A stretch of DNA of 64,000 nt from positions 576,001-640,000 of the forward strand of contig OY969934.1 of NCBI GenBank assembly GCA_963704725.1, in the 5' to 3' direction. The notes beneath the pieces were generated by a model, which ran no database searches, was not told the DNA's origin, and worked only from the letters and a program-made list of their open reading frames with translations. The position numbers were made by a program, and so were the translations under genes. Positions 49,495-63,936 of this stretch are shown one piece after another (position 1 is the stretch's first letter; every line of letters starts with the position of its first letter). Source of the DNA: an uncultured Actinomycetes bacterium. GTDB lineage: Bacteria > Actinomycetota > UBA4738 > HRBIN12.

Positions 49495-50199
49495 TTATCG
49501 CCCTCTCCCCGCCGGAAGGCCGACGACGCTCCCGAGCGCCGCCGCCGTCGGTCCGATCCCCATGGAGACGGCGGCCATGGCCGCCTGTGTGCGGTTGCTG
49601 ACGCCGAGCTTGCGGAAGATCGCGGCGAGGTGCGCCTTGACGGTCTTCTCCGACAGGTACAGCGCGCGGGAGATGTCGCGGTTGCTCTTGCCCTCCGCGA
49701 GCAGCGACAGGATGTCGGTCTCGCGCTGGGTGAGCGAGCTCGTGGGCCGATGCATCGACTCGCCGGTGTCTCCGATGGAGCCGCCGTCCATCGCGTCGAA
49801 CAGGTTCTGGATCACGCGGGGCGACAGGACGTTGCCGCCGCCGGACAGCGCGACCTTGATGGCCTGCTCGAGGTCCTCCGGGGTCGCGTCCTTGAGCATG
49901 TACCCGGCGGCACCTTCGGCCAACGCGCGGCGGACGTACTGGGCATGGTCGAACGAGGTCAGCATGATGACCGGGACGTCCGCCCACCGGGCCTTCATGT
50001 CGTGCAGCAGGTCGAGCCCGTCCGAGTCGGGCATCCGGACGTCGACCAGCGCCACGTCCACGCGGGACGAGGTCATCGCGTCGAGCGCCTCCGCGGCCGT
50101 TGCCGCCTCGACGATCTCGGCGTCGGGGAAGGACTCGCGGACCACGTGACTCATGCCACGGCGCACGAGCGCGTGATCGTCGACGATGAGGATCTTCAC
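49495..50199 (-). CDS. NarL/LuxR response regulator
   Basis: MKILIVDDH, LVDVRMP, LTQRETDIL...TVKAHL. Confidence 0.93.
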   Translation of the reverse strand: MKILIVDDHALVRRGMSHVVRESFPDAEIVEAATAAEALDAMTSSRVDVALVDVRMPDSDGLDLLHDMKARWADVPVIMLTSFDHAQYVRRALAEGAAGYMLKDATPEDLEQAIKVALSGGGNVLSPRVIQNLFDAMDGGSIGDTGESMHRPTSSLTQRETDILSLLAEGKSNRDISRALYLSEKTVKAHLAAIFRKLGVSNRTQAAMAAVSMGIGPTAAALGSVVGLPAGRGR

Positions 50200-51170
50200 G
50201 GCTTCACCCCTTGCTCCGGGACGGGCAGCCTCGCGACCACCCGCGTGCCCTTGCCGGGCGACGATTGGATGTCCAGCGTTCCGTTCAGCTCTGCGACGCG
50301 GCGACGCATCATCTCGAGGCCGAGGTGACCGGCGTGGAGTCCGGTGGTGGCCGGATGGAAGCCACAGCCCCCGTCCTCGACCGAGACCTCGACGCCGTCC
50401 TCAGCGGCCAGGACCTTGACGGCCACCGCCGTCGAGGATGCGTGCTTCGCGGCGTTGGCGACGCTCTCGCGGATGACCGAGGACACGACGTCGAGCACGG
50501 GCTTGGGAAGGACCCGCACGTCGCCCTCGATGGACCAGCTCGCCGGCAGCTGCCAGCGTTGGATCACGCCCTGGATCAGCTCCTCGAGGGTCTGCGAGGA
50601 TCCTCCACCCTGGGTGGAGAGGCTTGCCAGCACGGCCCGGATCTCGCCCAGCGCCGTGCGCAGCTCGCCCGCGGCGGTGTTCAGCGCCTCGACGGCCTCG
50701 GCGGGCTCGACCTCGGCCCGGCGGGCGTGCCACTCGAGCTCCAGGATCGACGCGGTCACGACCTGCGTGAGGCCGTCGTGGATCGCGTAGGCCAGCCGGG
50801 TGCGCTCGCGCTGGATCGGGTCCTCGGGGGCGACGCCGCCGAGCTGGATCTCCTCCTCGGCGCTCTCTTCGGTCGCGAGCGAGGACAACATCGCCGTGAG
50901 CGCCGAGACGGATCGTCCGGGCGTCCCTTCGGTGAGGTGGGCGAAGACCAGGTCGTCGCCCCGGGGGAACGCGATCCAGCCCGAGGCGGACCCATCCAGG
51001 ATCCGCTCGAGCGGCACCACCTCCGTGCCGGGCGTCGCCCACCACGACACGCGTCGACGCTCTCCGTCGGCGCGCACCACGCCCACCGCATCAAGGTTCA
51101 GGAGCTCCGCCAAGCGGCGGCACTCGTCGGCGTCCGACGACTGGGTCCTCATCGTCGCAGTCGCGTCCAC
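50196..51170 (-). CDS. soluble HisKA_3 histidine kinase
   Basis: ERTRLAYAIHDGLTQ, RESVANAAKHA, EDGGCGF; GTG after GGAGG; no TM. Confidence 0.88.
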   Translation of the reverse strand: MDATATMRTQSSDADECRRLAELLNLDAVGVVRADGERRRVSWWATPGTEVVPLERILDGSASGWIAFPRGDDLVFAHLTEGTPGRSVSALTAMLSSLATEESAEEEIQLGGVAPEDPIQRERTRLAYAIHDGLTQVVTASILELEWHARRAEVEPAEAVEALNTAAGELRTALGEIRAVLASLSTQGGGSSQTLEELIQGVIQRWQLPASWSIEGDVRVLPKPVLDVVSSVIRESVANAAKHASSTAVAVKVLAAEDGVEVSVEDGGCGFHPATTGLHAGHLGLEMMRRRVAELNGTLDIQSSPGKGTRVVARLPVPEQGVKP

Positions 51171-51427
51171 GTTCCTCCCACGCCCTCGTCCGGTCGCCGG
51201 CCGAGACCGGCTCGCGGCCCTCCGGCGCGGCCACGCCGCGCCGCCTGCCTCTCCGAGGCACCGACCGTCGGGCACCCGCCGCACGGCGGATGCCGTATCC
51301 GTTCGGTCTAGTGCTTCTTTCGGTCGGTTGGGGGCGTGGCTTGATACCCGCGGCTGGGTGGGGGGCGGGCGTGCTCGGGCCGGGCGTGGCCGAGCCGGAG
51401 GAGCCGGGCCGCCGGGGGCCGATCGGC

Positions 51428-53434
51428 CTAGGCGGAGCCCGGCCCGCCGCCGACGGATCGCGCCACGAGCTGCGCGAGGTCCAGGACCGAGGTTTCGTCC
51501 CCCCGGGCCCTGGCGCCGTCGTCCAGCATGATCAGGCAGTACGGACAGGCCACGCCCACGGTGTCGGCCCCGGTCGAGGCGGCCTCGTCCATGCGCTCCT
51601 GGTTGATCCGCTTGCCGATCCGCTCCTCCATCCACATCCGGGCGCCCCCCGCTCCACAGCAGAGCCCTCGTTCGGCGTGCCGTGGCATCTCCACGACCTC
51701 CACCCCGGGGACCGACTCGAGCGCCCGGCGGGGCTCGCGGTAGACGCCGTTGTGCCGTCCGAGGTAGCAGGGGTCGTGGTAGGCGACGGTGGCGGGCACG
51801 CGACCGCTCGGACGGAGCCGGCCCTCGGCGAGCAGGTGAGCGATGAGCTGGGAGTGGTGGATCACGTCGTAGGAGCCGCCGTAGTCCGGGTACTCGTTCC
51901 GCAGCGTGTTGAAGCAATGGGGGCAGTTGGCGATCACGGTGGTGACCCCCGCGTCGTTCAGGGTCTCGACGTTGCGCTCGGCGAGGGTCTGGAAGAGATA
52001 CTCGTGGCCCATCCGGCGGGCAGGGTCGCCGGTGCAGAGCTCGCGCGGCCCGAGCACCGCGAAGGAGACGCCGGCGCGCTGCAGGACCTGGACCACCGCG
52101 CGGGAGATCGCCTTGGCGCGATCGTCGAACGCCCCCGCGCAGCCCACCCAATAGAGGTACTCGGGAGCCCGCTCACCCGCGCCCACCACGCGCACGCCGA
52201 GGCCCTCGGCCCAGTCCGCGCGCGTGGACTGCGGCAACCCCCACGGGTTGCTGGTGTTCTCGAGGTTCCGAAGCAGCGCGCCCGCCTCCGGGGGGAATCG
52301 TGACTCCGCCATCACCAGGTTCCGTCGGAGGTCGACGATCGTGTCGACGTGCTCGATGTCGACGGGGCACTCCTGCATGCAGGCGCCGCACGTCGTGCAC
52401 GCCCACACCGCCTCGTCGTCCACGACGTCGGGCACGAGCGCCGGGGCCTCCGCCTCTGCGCCCCCCTCGAGCAGGCGGGGACCCTCGTCGAGGAGGTGGT
52501 CCCGCAGGTTCATCACCAGGAGCTTCGGCGACAGCGGCTTGCCGGTGTTCCATGCGGGGCAGGCGGACTGGCAGCGCCCGCACTCCGTGCAGGCGTACAG
52601 GTCGAGGCTCTCCTTCCACGTGAGGTCGCGCACCGTCCCCGCCCCGAGGACGACGTCCGCGTCGGCCGCCTCGAGGTCGATCCGTAGCGGCGTGAGCCGT
52701 CCTCGAGGCTTCGTGCTCCCGAAGAACACGTTGATCGCGCTCGTCGCGATGTGCAGGTGCTTGGAGTACCCCAGGTAGACGAGGAAGCCGAGGATCAGCG
52801 CGATGTGGACCCAGATCAGGGTCCACATCGAGAGGCGGAGCCACCCCGGAGACATCCACCCGAAGAGCTTCGACGAGGCTGTGGAGACCGGGGTCCACCA
52901 CCGATCCGGGTCCAGGGCGAGCGCGATCCGCGACCCCCGGGCGAGGAACAGGGTGACGATGATCCACAGGATGAGGCCCAGGATCCGGTAGGCATCCAGG
53001 CCGTGGCTCCCGACGAACCGCTCGGGGCGGCGGCCGAGCCGGATCGCGACCGCCATCGCCAGACCCACCAGCACCCCGGCCGCGAACACGTCCTGCCCGA
53101 GGCCGAGCCACGCCGTCCCGCCGATCCAGGGGAGGCGGAAGTCGGGGTCGATCGCCTGACCCCCCACCTCGATGATCGTCGTCAGCAGCACGAGGAAGCC
53201 CCAGAAGATCAGAGCGTGCATGAGACCGGGCACGAACCGCTGGAAGAGCTTCCGCTGTCCGAGGACCCGCGCCCCCTCCCGGGCTACGCGCGTGGAAAGG
53301 TCTCCGCTCCGATCCGACGGCCGGCCCATCCGAACGAGCCGCGTGAGGAGCCGGGCGCGCCGGGTGGCCAGGACGCCGGAGACGACGACCAGCGCGACCA
53401 GCGCGGCGGCGCGAAGGAGCATGAGCGCGAGCAT
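51428..53434 (-). CDS. membrane Fe-S oxidoreductase (FadF/HdrD-GlpC type)
   Basis: TM region, CTECGRC..C, CTTCGAC...C, two cysteine-rich CCG-type domains (YHDPCYLGR, CCGAGG). Confidence 0.92.
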   Translation of the reverse strand: MLALMLLRAAALVALVVVSGVLATRRARLLTRLVRMGRPSDRSGDLSTRVAREGARVLGQRKLFQRFVPGLMHALIFWGFLVLLTTIIEVGGQAIDPDFRLPWIGGTAWLGLGQDVFAAGVLVGLAMAVAIRLGRRPERFVGSHGLDAYRILGLILWIIVTLFLARGSRIALALDPDRWWTPVSTASSKLFGWMSPGWLRLSMWTLIWVHIALILGFLVYLGYSKHLHIATSAINVFFGSTKPRGRLTPLRIDLEAADADVVLGAGTVRDLTWKESLDLYACTECGRCQSACPAWNTGKPLSPKLLVMNLRDHLLDEGPRLLEGGAEAEAPALVPDVVDDEAVWACTTCGACMQECPVDIEHVDTIVDLRRNLVMAESRFPPEAGALLRNLENTSNPWGLPQSTRADWAEGLGVRVVGAGERAPEYLYWVGCAGAFDDRAKAISRAVVQVLQRAGVSFAVLGPRELCTGDPARRMGHEYLFQTLAERNVETLNDAGVTTVIANCPHCFNTLRNEYPDYGGSYDVIHHSQLIAHLLAEGRLRPSGRVPATVAYHDPCYLGRHNGVYREPRRALESVPGVEVVEMPRHAERGLCCGAGGARMWMEERIGKRINQERMDEAASTGADTVGVACPYCLIMLDDGARARGDETSVLDLAQLVARSVGGGPGSA

Positions 53435-53493
53435 ACCGATGGGAGCCTTCGGCCGGGTCCTGTCGTCGGACCGCGCCTCGGAGCATCATCACG

Positions 53494-54453
53494 ATGGGAG
53501 CGCGACCGGTCGACGAGAAGGAGACGCCCGTGCAGGAGCGCGCCGAAACGCCCGCCGCTCGTCTGATCACCGAGGTCGCCGGGTACGTGGGAGCCACCGC
53601 CGCGCTCGTCTCGGCGTTCGCCTTCCTCGCGCTCATCGAGGCCGACGAGACGGGGGTGTTCGCAGCCTTCGCCGCCGCGACCGGGGTCCTCGTGGGCGGC
53701 GGATTCCTGATCGGCCGGACCTCCGTCGACGCCTACCAGCGGCTGCGCAGCGTCCTGTGGTTCGGGTCCGTGTTCGCGCTCAGCCTGGCCCTCGAGGCGC
53801 TGTTCGTCGGCGTGCTCGACCTGGTGGACGATCAGTCGAGCGCCCAGACCGTGACCCTGCTCACGGGCGCGGTCGTGGCGGTGTCGGCGTTCTTCTTGTG
53901 GCTCCGGTCGCAGCGGGCCCTGCAGCTGCTGGCGCTGCACCTGGCCCTGCTCGGCGTGGTGACGGCGATCGTCTACACGACCGCCGACCCCCTCACCGGT
54001 CCCGGCGGCGGGGTGGTCGGCGTCGTCCTGTGGCTGTTCGGGGTGGTCTGGATCGGGGTCTCGGCCGGCGGCCTCGCCCCGGCCCCCGTCCAGACGGCCC
54101 TGGTGCTCGGCGGGCTCACGGCGCTGGCCGGTCCCTACGCGGCCGCCGCGCCGTCGGATCTCGGGTATCCGGTCTCCCTCGGCGGCGCGGACCTGTGGTC
54201 GTTGGCCACGGCGGTCGGGTTGCTGTGGCTGGGGACGACGCGAGGGTTGCGGGGCCTCCAGGGTGTCGCCATCGCGGGGGTCCTCGTGGGCACCGGGACG
54301 ATCCTCACGGACCTGGTGAGCACGAAGGCGACCGCGGCCGTCGCCCTGGTGATCGGAGCGGCCCTGCTCGCCGCGGCGCTCGTGCAGATCCGTCACCTCG
54401 CCGGGCAGCAGGTGCCCACCCCGCCCCTCCTGCCGCCACCGCCGCCGGCCTGA
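53494..54453 (+). CDS. polytopic membrane protein
   Basis: About 10 hydrophobic helices; EVAGYVG N-terminal motif. Confidence 0.75.
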   Translation: MGARPVDEKETPVQERAETPAARLITEVAGYVGATAALVSAFAFLALIEADETGVFAAFAAATGVLVGGGFLIGRTSVDAYQRLRSVLWFGSVFALSLALEALFVGVLDLVDDQSSAQTVTLLTGAVVAVSAFFLWLRSQRALQLLALHLALLGVVTAIVYTTADPLTGPGGGVVGVVLWLFGVVWIGVSAGGLAPAPVQTALVLGGLTALAGPYAAAAPSDLGYPVSLGGADLWSLATAVGLLWLGTTRGLRGLQGVAIAGVLVGTGTILTDLVSTKATAAVALVIGAALLAAALVQIRHLAGQQVPTPPLLPPPPPA

Positions 54454-54496
54454 TCCACGATCCGGCCCTGCGGAACATGCCGTCACCGGCGCGAAA

Positions 54497-54526
54497 GTTG
54501 ACAGTTGTACGCTCAAGTTCCATTAT
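54497..54526 (+). promoter_or_regulatory. dnaK promoter with overlapping HAIR (HspR operator)
   Basis: TTGACA-N17-CATTAT; GTTGACA-N7-GCTCAAG resembles HAIR consensus CTTGAGT-N7-ACTCAAG. Confidence 0.8.
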
Positions 54527-54574
54527 GCATATGCACTGAGAGAAGCCACCAGCAAAGCAGTCAGGAGGGATCAC

Positions 54575-56437
54575 ATGCCACGAGCCGTGGGGATCGACCT
54601 CGGGACGACCAACTCCGTGGTCGCCGTGCTAGAGGCCGGCGAACCGGTCGTCATCCCGAACGCCGAGGGGGCGCGGACCACACCCTCGGTCATCGGGTTC
54701 ACCAAGAGCGGGGAGATCCTGGTGGGCGAGGTCGCCAAGCGCCAGGCCATCACGAACCCCGACCGCACCGTCCGCTCGGTGAAGCGCCACATGGGGGCCA
54801 AGGACTGGGGTCTGGACGTCGACGGCAAGCGATGGACGCCGCAGGAGGTCTCCGCCCAGATCCTGGCCAAGCTCAAGCGCGACGCCGAGGCCTACCTGGG
54901 CGACACCGTGACGCAGGCGGTGGTCACCGTGCCCGCGTACTTCGACGACTCCCAGCGGCAGGCCACCAAGGAGGCCGGGCAGATCGCCGGGCTCGAAGTG
55001 CTGCGGATCATCAACGAGCCGACGGCGGCGGCGCTGGCGTACGGGCTCGACAAGCAGCACGACCAGACGATCCTCGTCTTCGACCTGGGCGGTGGCACGT
55101 TCGACGTCTCGCTGCTCGAGATCGGCGAGGGCGTGTTCGAGGTCAAGGCCACGCACGGCGACACGCAGCTCGGCGGCGACGACTGGGACCAGCGCGTCAT
55201 CGACTGGATGGTCAAGGAGTTCAAGAACAACTACGGCATCGATCTGGCCAACGACCGCATGGCCCTGCAGCGGCTGAAGGAGGCGGCGGAGAAGGCCAAG
55301 ATCGAGCTCTCGCAGGTCTCCGAGGCCACGATCAACCTGCCGTTCATCTCGGCCGGCGCCGACGGCCCGTTGCACCTGGAGATGAAGCTCACGCGCAGCG
55401 AGTTCGAGCGCATGACCGAGGACCTCGTGCGGCGCTGCAAGGAGCCGTTCGATCTCGCGGTGAAGGACTGGGGCAAGAGCGTCGACGCGATCGACCACAT
55501 CATCCTGGTCGGCGGCTCCACCCGGATGCCCATGATCCAGGACCTCCTGAAGGAGATCACCGGCGGCAAGGAGGCCCACAAGGGGGTCAACCCCGACGAG
55601 GTGGTGGCGGTCGGGGCGGCGATCCAGGCCGGCGTGCTGAAGGGCGACGTGAAGGACATCCTGCTCCTGGACGTCACGCCCCTCACGCTCGGCGTCGAGA
55701 CCAAGGGCGGCATCATCGCCCGGCTCATCGAGCGCAACACGACGATCCCGACGCGCAAGTCGGAGATGTTCACCACGGCGGACGACGGGCAGACCAACGT
55801 CGAGATCCACGTGCTGCAGGGTGAGGCGGAGACCGTGTACTCGCCGGCCGTGCGTTCGCTCGGCAAGTTCATGCTCACCGGGCTTCCGCCCGCGCCGCGC
55901 GGGATGCCGCAGATCGAGGTCGCCTTCGACATCGACGCGAACGGCATCGTGAACGTCTCGGCGAAGGACATGGCCACCGGCAAGGAGCAGGCCATGACGA
56001 TCACCGGGGGCACGGCCCTGTCCAAGGAGGACATCGATCGCATGGTCGTCGACGCCGAGAAGTTCGCGTCCGAGGATCATGCGCGACGCGAGGCGGCCGA
56101 GACCCGCAACGCCGGTGACCAGCTCGGCTACCAGGTCGACAAGTCACTCGAGGAGTGGGGCGACAAGGTGCCCGAGCCCGATCGCGACGAGCTGAAGAAG
56201 CTGAACGAGGAGCTCAAGGAGGCGCTGAAGGGCGAGGACGTCGAACGGATCAAGGGCAGCACCGATGCCGTGATGCGCAAGTTCCAGAGCATCGGCCAGT
56301 CGATGTACCAGCAGACGCCCGAGGCCCAGCAGGCCGCGGCCGCCGGCGGGGGTGGGTCCACGGCCCCCGGCGGCACCGAGGGCGAGAACGACGTGGTGGA
56401 AGGCGAGATCGTGGACGAAGGAGGAGAGGAACGATGA
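54575..56437 (+). CDS. dnaK: chaperone DnaK
   Basis: [32 protein letters not shown]. Confidence 0.98.
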   Translation: MPRAVGIDLGTTNSVVAVLEAGEPVVIPNAEGARTTPSVIGFTKSGEILVGEVAKRQAITNPDRTVRSVKRHMGAKDWGLDVDGKRWTPQEVSAQILAKLKRDAEAYLGDTVTQAVVTVPAYFDDSQRQATKEAGQIAGLEVLRIINEPTAAALAYGLDKQHDQTILVFDLGGGTFDVSLLEIGEGVFEVKATHGDTQLGGDDWDQRVIDWMVKEFKNNYGIDLANDRMALQRLKEAAEKAKIELSQVSEATINLPFISAGADGPLHLEMKLTRSEFERMTEDLVRRCKEPFDLAVKDWGKSVDAIDHIILVGGSTRMPMIQDLLKEITGGKEAHKGVNPDEVVAVGAAIQAGVLKGDVKDILLLDVTPLTLGVETKGGIIARLIERNTTIPTRKSEMFTTADDGQTNVEIHVLQGEAETVYSPAVRSLGKFMLTGLPPAPRGMPQIEVAFDIDANGIVNVSAKDMATGKEQAMTITGGTALSKEDIDRMVVDAEKFASEDHARREAAETRNAGDQLGYQVDKSLEEWGDKVPEPDRDELKKLNEELKEALKGEDVERIKGSTDAVMRKFQSIGQSMYQQTPEAQQAAAAGGGGSTAPGGTEGENDVVEGEIVDEGGEER

Positions 56438-56886
56438 GGGACACACTGGTTCGCTGGGACCCGTTCCGCGACGTGGTCTCGATCCAGGATGAGTTGAACC
56501 GGCTGTTCGGGCGGCCCTTCACCGGGATCGAGCCGCTCCGTCCGTCGGCCACGGGGACGTGGGCGCCGGCGATGGACGTCTTCGAGACCGAGGACAAGAT
56601 CGTGGCGACGCTCGAGCTGCCGGGGATCGACCCGGAGGCGGTCGAGGTGTCGGTCGAGGACTCGACGCTCACCGTGACCGGCTCGCGTGCGTTCGCGAAC
56701 GACGTGAAGGAGGACCACTACCACCGCCTGGAGCGGCGGTACGGCTCCTTCTCGCGCTCCGTCACCCTGCCGCAAGTCGCGGACACGGAGAAGGTCGAGG
56801 CCAGGTTCGACAAGGGCGTCCTCACCATCGAGGTGCCCAAGGTCGAGCGGGCCAGGGCCAAGAAGATCCAGGTCAAGGCGGAGTAG
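56434..56886 (+). CDS. Hsp20/alpha-crystallin small heat-shock protein
   Basis: [33 protein letters not shown]; ATGA overlap with dnaK. Confidence 0.93.
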   Translation: MRDTLVRWDPFRDVVSIQDELNRLFGRPFTGIEPLRPSATGTWAPAMDVFETEDKIVATLELPGIDPEAVEVSVEDSTLTVTGSRAFANDVKEDHYHRLERRYGSFSRSVTLPQVADTEKVEARFDKGVLTIEVPKVERARAKKIQVKAE

Positions 56887-56892
56887 GAACGG

Positions 56893-57492
56893 ATGACGGA
56901 ACACGACGAGCGCGAGCGCGACGAGGAGCGGCCGAAGGTCCGCGTCGTCGACAAGCGCCGGTTCCGCGAGGGCGAGGCCGCGCCGGTCGATGAGGCCGGC
57001 GCGGCACCCGTCTCGGGGTCGCCGGCCTCGGCGGCCGAGGCACACGACGAGCTGGCGGAGGCGCGCGCGCAGGCGGCGGAGTACCTCGACCACCTGCAGC
57101 GGCTGCAGGCCGAGTTCGAGAACTACCGCAAGCGCATCACCAGGTCGCAGGAGCGCGTGGTCGAGGCCGAGCTGCAGCGGTTCGTGCAGCAGATCCTCGG
57201 CGTCCTCGACGAGTTCGACCTCGCGCTGATCGCGGCCGAGCGGGAGCCGGACTTCGAGAGCTTCCGCAAGGGCGTCGAGCTCGTGTACGCGAAGCTCGCC
57301 GAGACGCTCCGCGCCGAGGGGCTGGAGCGGATCGCGGCGGAGGGCACGACGTTCGACCCCAACGAGCACGAGGCGCTGATGCAGACCGGCGAGGGCGACG
57401 GGGAACCGCACGTCGCCGAGATCTTCCGACAGGGGTACAAGCTGCGGGGCAACGTGATCCGGCCGGCGAGCGTCCGCGTCGAGCGGAAGTGA
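56893..57492 (+). CDS. grpE: nucleotide exchange factor GrpE
   Basis: [21 protein letters not shown]...RPASV. Confidence 0.95.
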   Translation: MTEHDERERDEERPKVRVVDKRRFREGEAAPVDEAGAAPVSGSPASAAEAHDELAEARAQAAEYLDHLQRLQAEFENYRKRITRSQERVVEAELQRFVQQILGVLDEFDLALIAAEREPDFESFRKGVELVYAKLAETLRAEGLERIAAEGTTFDPNEHEALMQTGEGDGEPHVAEIFRQGYKLRGNVIRPASVRVERK

Positions 57493-57505
57493 GGTTCGGC
57501 AGACG

Positions 57506-58636
57506 GTGAACGGCGACGTCCGGCGCGAGTGGTTCGAGAAGGACTACTACCAGGTGCTCGGCGTGGCCAAGAACGCGACGGCGGCCGAGATCAAGAAGGC
57601 CTATCGCAAGCTCGCGCAGCAGTTCCATCCGGACGCGAACCCCGGCAACAAGCAGGCCGAGGACCGCTTCAAGGAGATCTCGGCCGCACACGACGTCCTC
57701 GCCGACGAGGCCAAGCGCAAGCAGTACGACGAGGTGCGAGACATGGCGTCCTCGGGGTACGGGGCCGGCGGTTTCCCCGGTGGATTCCCCGGCGGCGGAC
57801 GCGTCCGGTACGAGAACGTGGGCGGGTTCGGGGTGGGGGATCTCGGCGACCTGTTCGGAGGGCTGTTCGGCGGGGGTCGTGCTCGCGGCCGCCCGGCGCG
57901 CGGCACCGATCTGGAGACCGAGGTCGCCGTGCCGTTCGAGGATTCGATGAAGGGCACGACCGTGCCGGTCCGGATCTCCGGCCCCGCTCCGTGCGAGACC
58001 TGTCACGGCTCGGGCGCCGCGCCGGGGACGAGCCCCGTGATCTGCCCCAGGTGCGACGGCGCCGGGCAGATCGCCGTCAACCAGGGTCTGTTCCAGATGT
58101 CGCAGCCGTGCCCTCGGTGCCACGGGTCCGGCCGGATCGTCGAGACGCCCTGTCCAACGTGCGGCGGTACCGGGAGTCAGCGGCGGACGCGGAGCCTGCA
58201 GGTGAAGGTGCCGGCCGGCGTCCGGGACGGCGCGCGGATCCGCTTGGCCGGCCGGGGCGAGCCCGGGCCGGCGGGCGGGCAGGCCGGCGACCTGTTCGTG
58301 CGCGTGCACGTCCGCCCGCACGCCTTCTTCGGCCGGCAGGGGCACGACCTCACGGTCGAGCTGCCGCTCACGTACGCCGAGGCCGCCCTCGGCGCCAACG
58401 TGCAGGTGCCGACGCTCGACGGGCCGGTGACGATGAAGGTGCCGGGCGGCACGCCGGCCGGCAAGACGTTCCGGCTCAAGGGCAAGGGCGCGCCGAAGCG
58501 CGGGGGGCAGGGGGACCTGCTCGTCACCGTCGAGGTCGAGGTCCCGAAGAAGCTCTCGAAGCCGGAGAAGGAGCTGCTGAAGCAGCTCGCGGAGGTGGAG
58601 CGGGAATCGCCCCGACGCCGCCTGGGCGTGGGGTGA
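57506..58636 (+). CDS. dnaJ: chaperone DnaJ
   Basis: J domain HPD, G/F region, four CxxCxGxG. Confidence 0.97.
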   Translation: MNGDVRREWFEKDYYQVLGVAKNATAAEIKKAYRKLAQQFHPDANPGNKQAEDRFKEISAAHDVLADEAKRKQYDEVRDMASSGYGAGGFPGGFPGGGRVRYENVGGFGVGDLGDLFGGLFGGGRARGRPARGTDLETEVAVPFEDSMKGTTVPVRISGPAPCETCHGSGAAPGTSPVICPRCDGAGQIAVNQGLFQMSQPCPRCHGSGRIVETPCPTCGGTGSQRRTRSLQVKVPAGVRDGARIRLAGRGEPGPAGGQAGDLFVRVHVRPHAFFGRQGHDLTVELPLTYAEAALGANVQVPTLDGPVTMKVPGGTPAGKTFRLKGKGAPKRGGQGDLLVTVEVEVPKKLSKPEKELLKQLAEVERESPRRRLGVG

Positions 58637-58652
58637 GGGAGCGGAGGTCGAG

Positions 58653-59069
58653 ATGAACCAGGACGCGAGCGGCGGGCGAGGCGGACGGACCGATCCGTCG
58701 GCGCGCGAGCGCGCGGTCTACATCATCAGCGTCGCGGCCGAGTTGGCGGGCGTCCATCCGCAGACGCTTCGGATGTACGAGCGCCGGGGGCTCTTGCAGC
58801 CCCAGCGGACGTCCGGGAACACTCGCCGGTACTCCGAGCGGGACATCGAGCGCATCCGCGCGATCCAGGAGCTCACCCAGCTCGGCGGGATCAGCCTGGC
58901 GGGCGTGAAGCTGTTCATCGAGATGCGTGAGCGGCTCGACGAGATGCAGCGGCGCGCGGCCGAGCTCGAGCGCGAGCTCACGCGCCGGGCGCGCGAACGC
59001 GGCTCGATCGACATCGTGCCGCTTCGCACGGCGATCCGGTTCGCCTGGGAACAGGACGCCTCGTCGTGA
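58653..59069 (+). CDS. hspR: heat-shock repressor HspR (MerR family)
   Basis: YIISVAAELAGVHPQTLRMYE...RRYS, position after dnaJ. Confidence 0.93.
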   Translation: MNQDASGGRGGRTDPSARERAVYIISVAAELAGVHPQTLRMYERRGLLQPQRTSGNTRRYSERDIERIRAIQELTQLGGISLAGVKLFIEMRERLDEMQRRAAELERELTRRARERGSIDIVPLRTAIRFAWEQDASS

Positions 59070-59611
59070 CGGAGCTCCGAGGAGGCAGGATCGTCCTCCG
59101 TGGGTTCCGCCCGGACGAGGTCGCGCTCGCGCTGACCCGCATGTCCCACGGGGCCAGCACCGTCCAGATCGGCGACCCGGCCGAGCGCGAGCGCCGGTTC
59201 CGCGACCGCCTCGAGCGGTCCGGCGCGCGCAACGACTGGGAGGTGCTGTTCGCCATCGAGGCCGGCGGCCGGCTGGTGGGCGACGCGCAGGGTCGCTGCT
59301 CGGATCTCGCGATGCCCCCCGGTGTCTGGGAGATCGGGCTCGAGCTGTGGGACGAGGCCGATCGGGGCCGGGGCCTCGGCGGGGACGCCGTCGAGCTGAT
59401 CACGTCGTACCTGTTCGCCGAGCAGGCGGCGATCCGCGTGCAGGCCTCGACGGACGTCGAGAACGCCGCGATGCGCCGGGTGCTGGACCGCGCCGGCTTC
59501 GGGTTCGAGGGCGTCCTGCGGGGGTTCATGCCGAGCCCCGACGGCCCGCCTCGCGACTACACGATGTATGGCGTGACGATGGCGACGTGGGCGCCGAGGG
59601 GGGACCCGTGA
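59066..59611 (+). CDS. RimJ/RimL-like GNAT acetyltransferase
   Basis: [31 protein letters not shown]. Confidence 0.88.
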   Translation: MTELRGGRIVLRGFRPDEVALALTRMSHGASTVQIGDPAERERRFRDRLERSGARNDWEVLFAIEAGGRLVGDAQGRCSDLAMPPGVWEIGLELWDEADRGRGLGGDAVELITSYLFAEQAAIRVQASTDVENAAMRRVLDRAGFGFEGVLRGFMPSPDGPPRDYTMYGVTMATWAPRGDP

Positions 59612-60134
59612 CCGAGATCGCCGGCGAGCGGGTCCGCCTGCGAGCCTTTCGCCGCGACGAGCACGACGCGTTCGTCGCCGCGCGGATGGCTGCGGGCGAG
59701 GGGGTCGCGGTCGCGTCCCCGTCCGAGGAGGAGCTTCGGCGTCGGGTCGAGGGGTCCGGCGAGCTGACCGACAAGGGCCTCCTGCTCGCCATCGACGTCG
59801 ACGGTCGCGCCGTGGGCGAGATCCAGGCCTATCGGGCCGGCCTTCCCGACGGTGTGTTCGGGATCGGGATCGGGCTGTTCGACGAGGCCGATCGCGGTCG
59901 CGGCGTGGGGACCGAGGCCACGTCGATGCTCACGCGCTACGCGTTCGCGGAGCTCGGGGCGCGGCGCGTCGAGGCCGGGACGCACGTCGGCAACGCCCCG
60001 ATGATCGGCGTGCTCGAGCGGCTCGGGTTCGTGCGAGAGGGCGTCCTTCGCCGCTTCTTCCCCAGCAGGGACGGCGGCATGGACTGTGCGATCTACGCGA
60101 TGACGACCGAGGACTGGGAGAACGTGAGGGAACG

Positions 60135-60153
<19 letters not shown>
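59608..60153 (+). CDS. RimJ/RimL-like GNAT acetyltransferase (paralog)
   Basis: [31 protein letters not shown]; GTGA overlap. Confidence 0.88.
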
Positions 60154-62723
<2,570 letters not shown>

Positions 62724-62754
62724 GCCGGGCCCGGTCCCTTCCTATACTCGGGCG

Positions 62755-63486
62755 ATGGAGCACCTCTGGCCGCGCGCGATCGCGGTGGGGGTCGGAGCGA
62801 TCGTGGCGGCCCTGCTCCTGAAGGTCGCCCCGCCGCTCGTGGTGCTCGCCGTGTTCGTGGCCGGGTTCGCCGTCTTCTACGTGCGCCTCACCCGCGCCAT
62901 GCGTCCGGCCACGATCGCGGACGCCGAGGCCACCGGGCTGGAGCGCGCCGAGACCGATCCCTTCGGGATCCTCGGCTACCCGCTCCTGCTTCTGTCCCGG
63001 GTGGTCGAGCCGGCGATCGACGAGGTCGTGTGGGGACGCTGGCGCGGCATCGACGTTCACGCGTTCGCGCTGTCGTTCGGCGCCGCGGCGATCGACGGGG
63101 CCGCCCCGGCGCGGACGGTGTTCTCGTGCGCCATGGCCAGGATCCCGTCCCCGGCCCCGGCGGTCGTCGTCGAGCCGCAGCTGTTCGCGACGTCGCTCGC
63201 GGCGCCGGACCTGGAACGGATCGATCTCGGGGACGACCCGTTCGAGGAGGCGATGCGCATCTGGTCGCGGGACGAGGCGTTCGCCCGAGCCCTGCTCGTC
63301 CCGGCCACCCGCGAATGGCTGCGATCGGCCGAGCCGGCATGGGGGCTGGAGGTCCGAGGGAACATCGCCCTGGTCTACGGGCCGAAGGCTCAGGGCCCGG
63401 ACGTCACGCCGACGCTGGAGACGCTCCGAGGCCTGCTGGCCCGGCTCCCCAAGGACGAGGGTGTTCCGCACCCGCCTGCCGTTTGA
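62755..63486 (+). CDS. hypothetical membrane-anchored protein
   Basis: Two N-terminal TMs; TATACT -10 six nt before ATG. Confidence 0.7.
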   Translation: MEHLWPRAIAVGVGAIVAALLLKVAPPLVVLAVFVAGFAVFYVRLTRAMRPATIADAEATGLERAETDPFGILGYPLLLLSRVVEPAIDEVVWGRWRGIDVHAFALSFGAAAIDGAAPARTVFSCAMARIPSPAPAVVVEPQLFATSLAAPDLERIDLGDDPFEEAMRIWSRDEAFARALLVPATREWLRSAEPAWGLEVRGNIALVYGPKAQGPDVTPTLETLRGLLARLPKDEGVPHPPAV

Positions 63487-63510
63487 GGAAAGCGAACCTG
63501 GCGTCGTAGC

Positions 63511-63936
63511 GTGATGCCGATGGCGTGGACCGAACCCCCGCGGACCGACCCGGAGACGCCTCGGCTCCTACGTCGCAGCCGCGCCAACCGCATGATCGGC
63601 GGTGTCTGCGGCGGGCTCGGCCGGTACCTCGGCGTGGATCCGGTGCTCCTGCGCGTGGCGTTCGTCGTGCTCGCGATCGCCGGGGGCGGAGGTGTCCTGC
63701 TGTACCTCGTCTCGTGGGTCCTGATCCCCGAGGAGCGTCCGGGAGAGCCGCTCGGCACCGAGCGGCCGTCGGTCGTCGACACCACCCGGCTCATCGTGGG
63801 CGGGGCGTTCATCGCGGTCGGGACGATCCTGCTCCTGAACCTCACGTTCCCCCGTCTCGGCCGCTTCTTCTGGCCGCTGGCGCTCATCGCGGTCGGCGTC
63901 GCCATCGTCGTGCAGACGTCCACGTCGCGACGATGA
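63511..63936 (+). CDS. PspC domain protein
   Basis: RRSRANRMIGGVCGGLGRYLGVDPVLLR...LYLVSWVLIPE. Confidence 0.9.
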   Translation: MMPMAWTEPPRTDPETPRLLRRSRANRMIGGVCGGLGRYLGVDPVLLRVAFVVLAIAGGGGVLLYLVSWVLIPEERPGEPLGTERPSVVDTTRLIVGGAFIAVGTILLLNLTFPRLGRFFWPLALIAVGVAIVVQTSTSRR

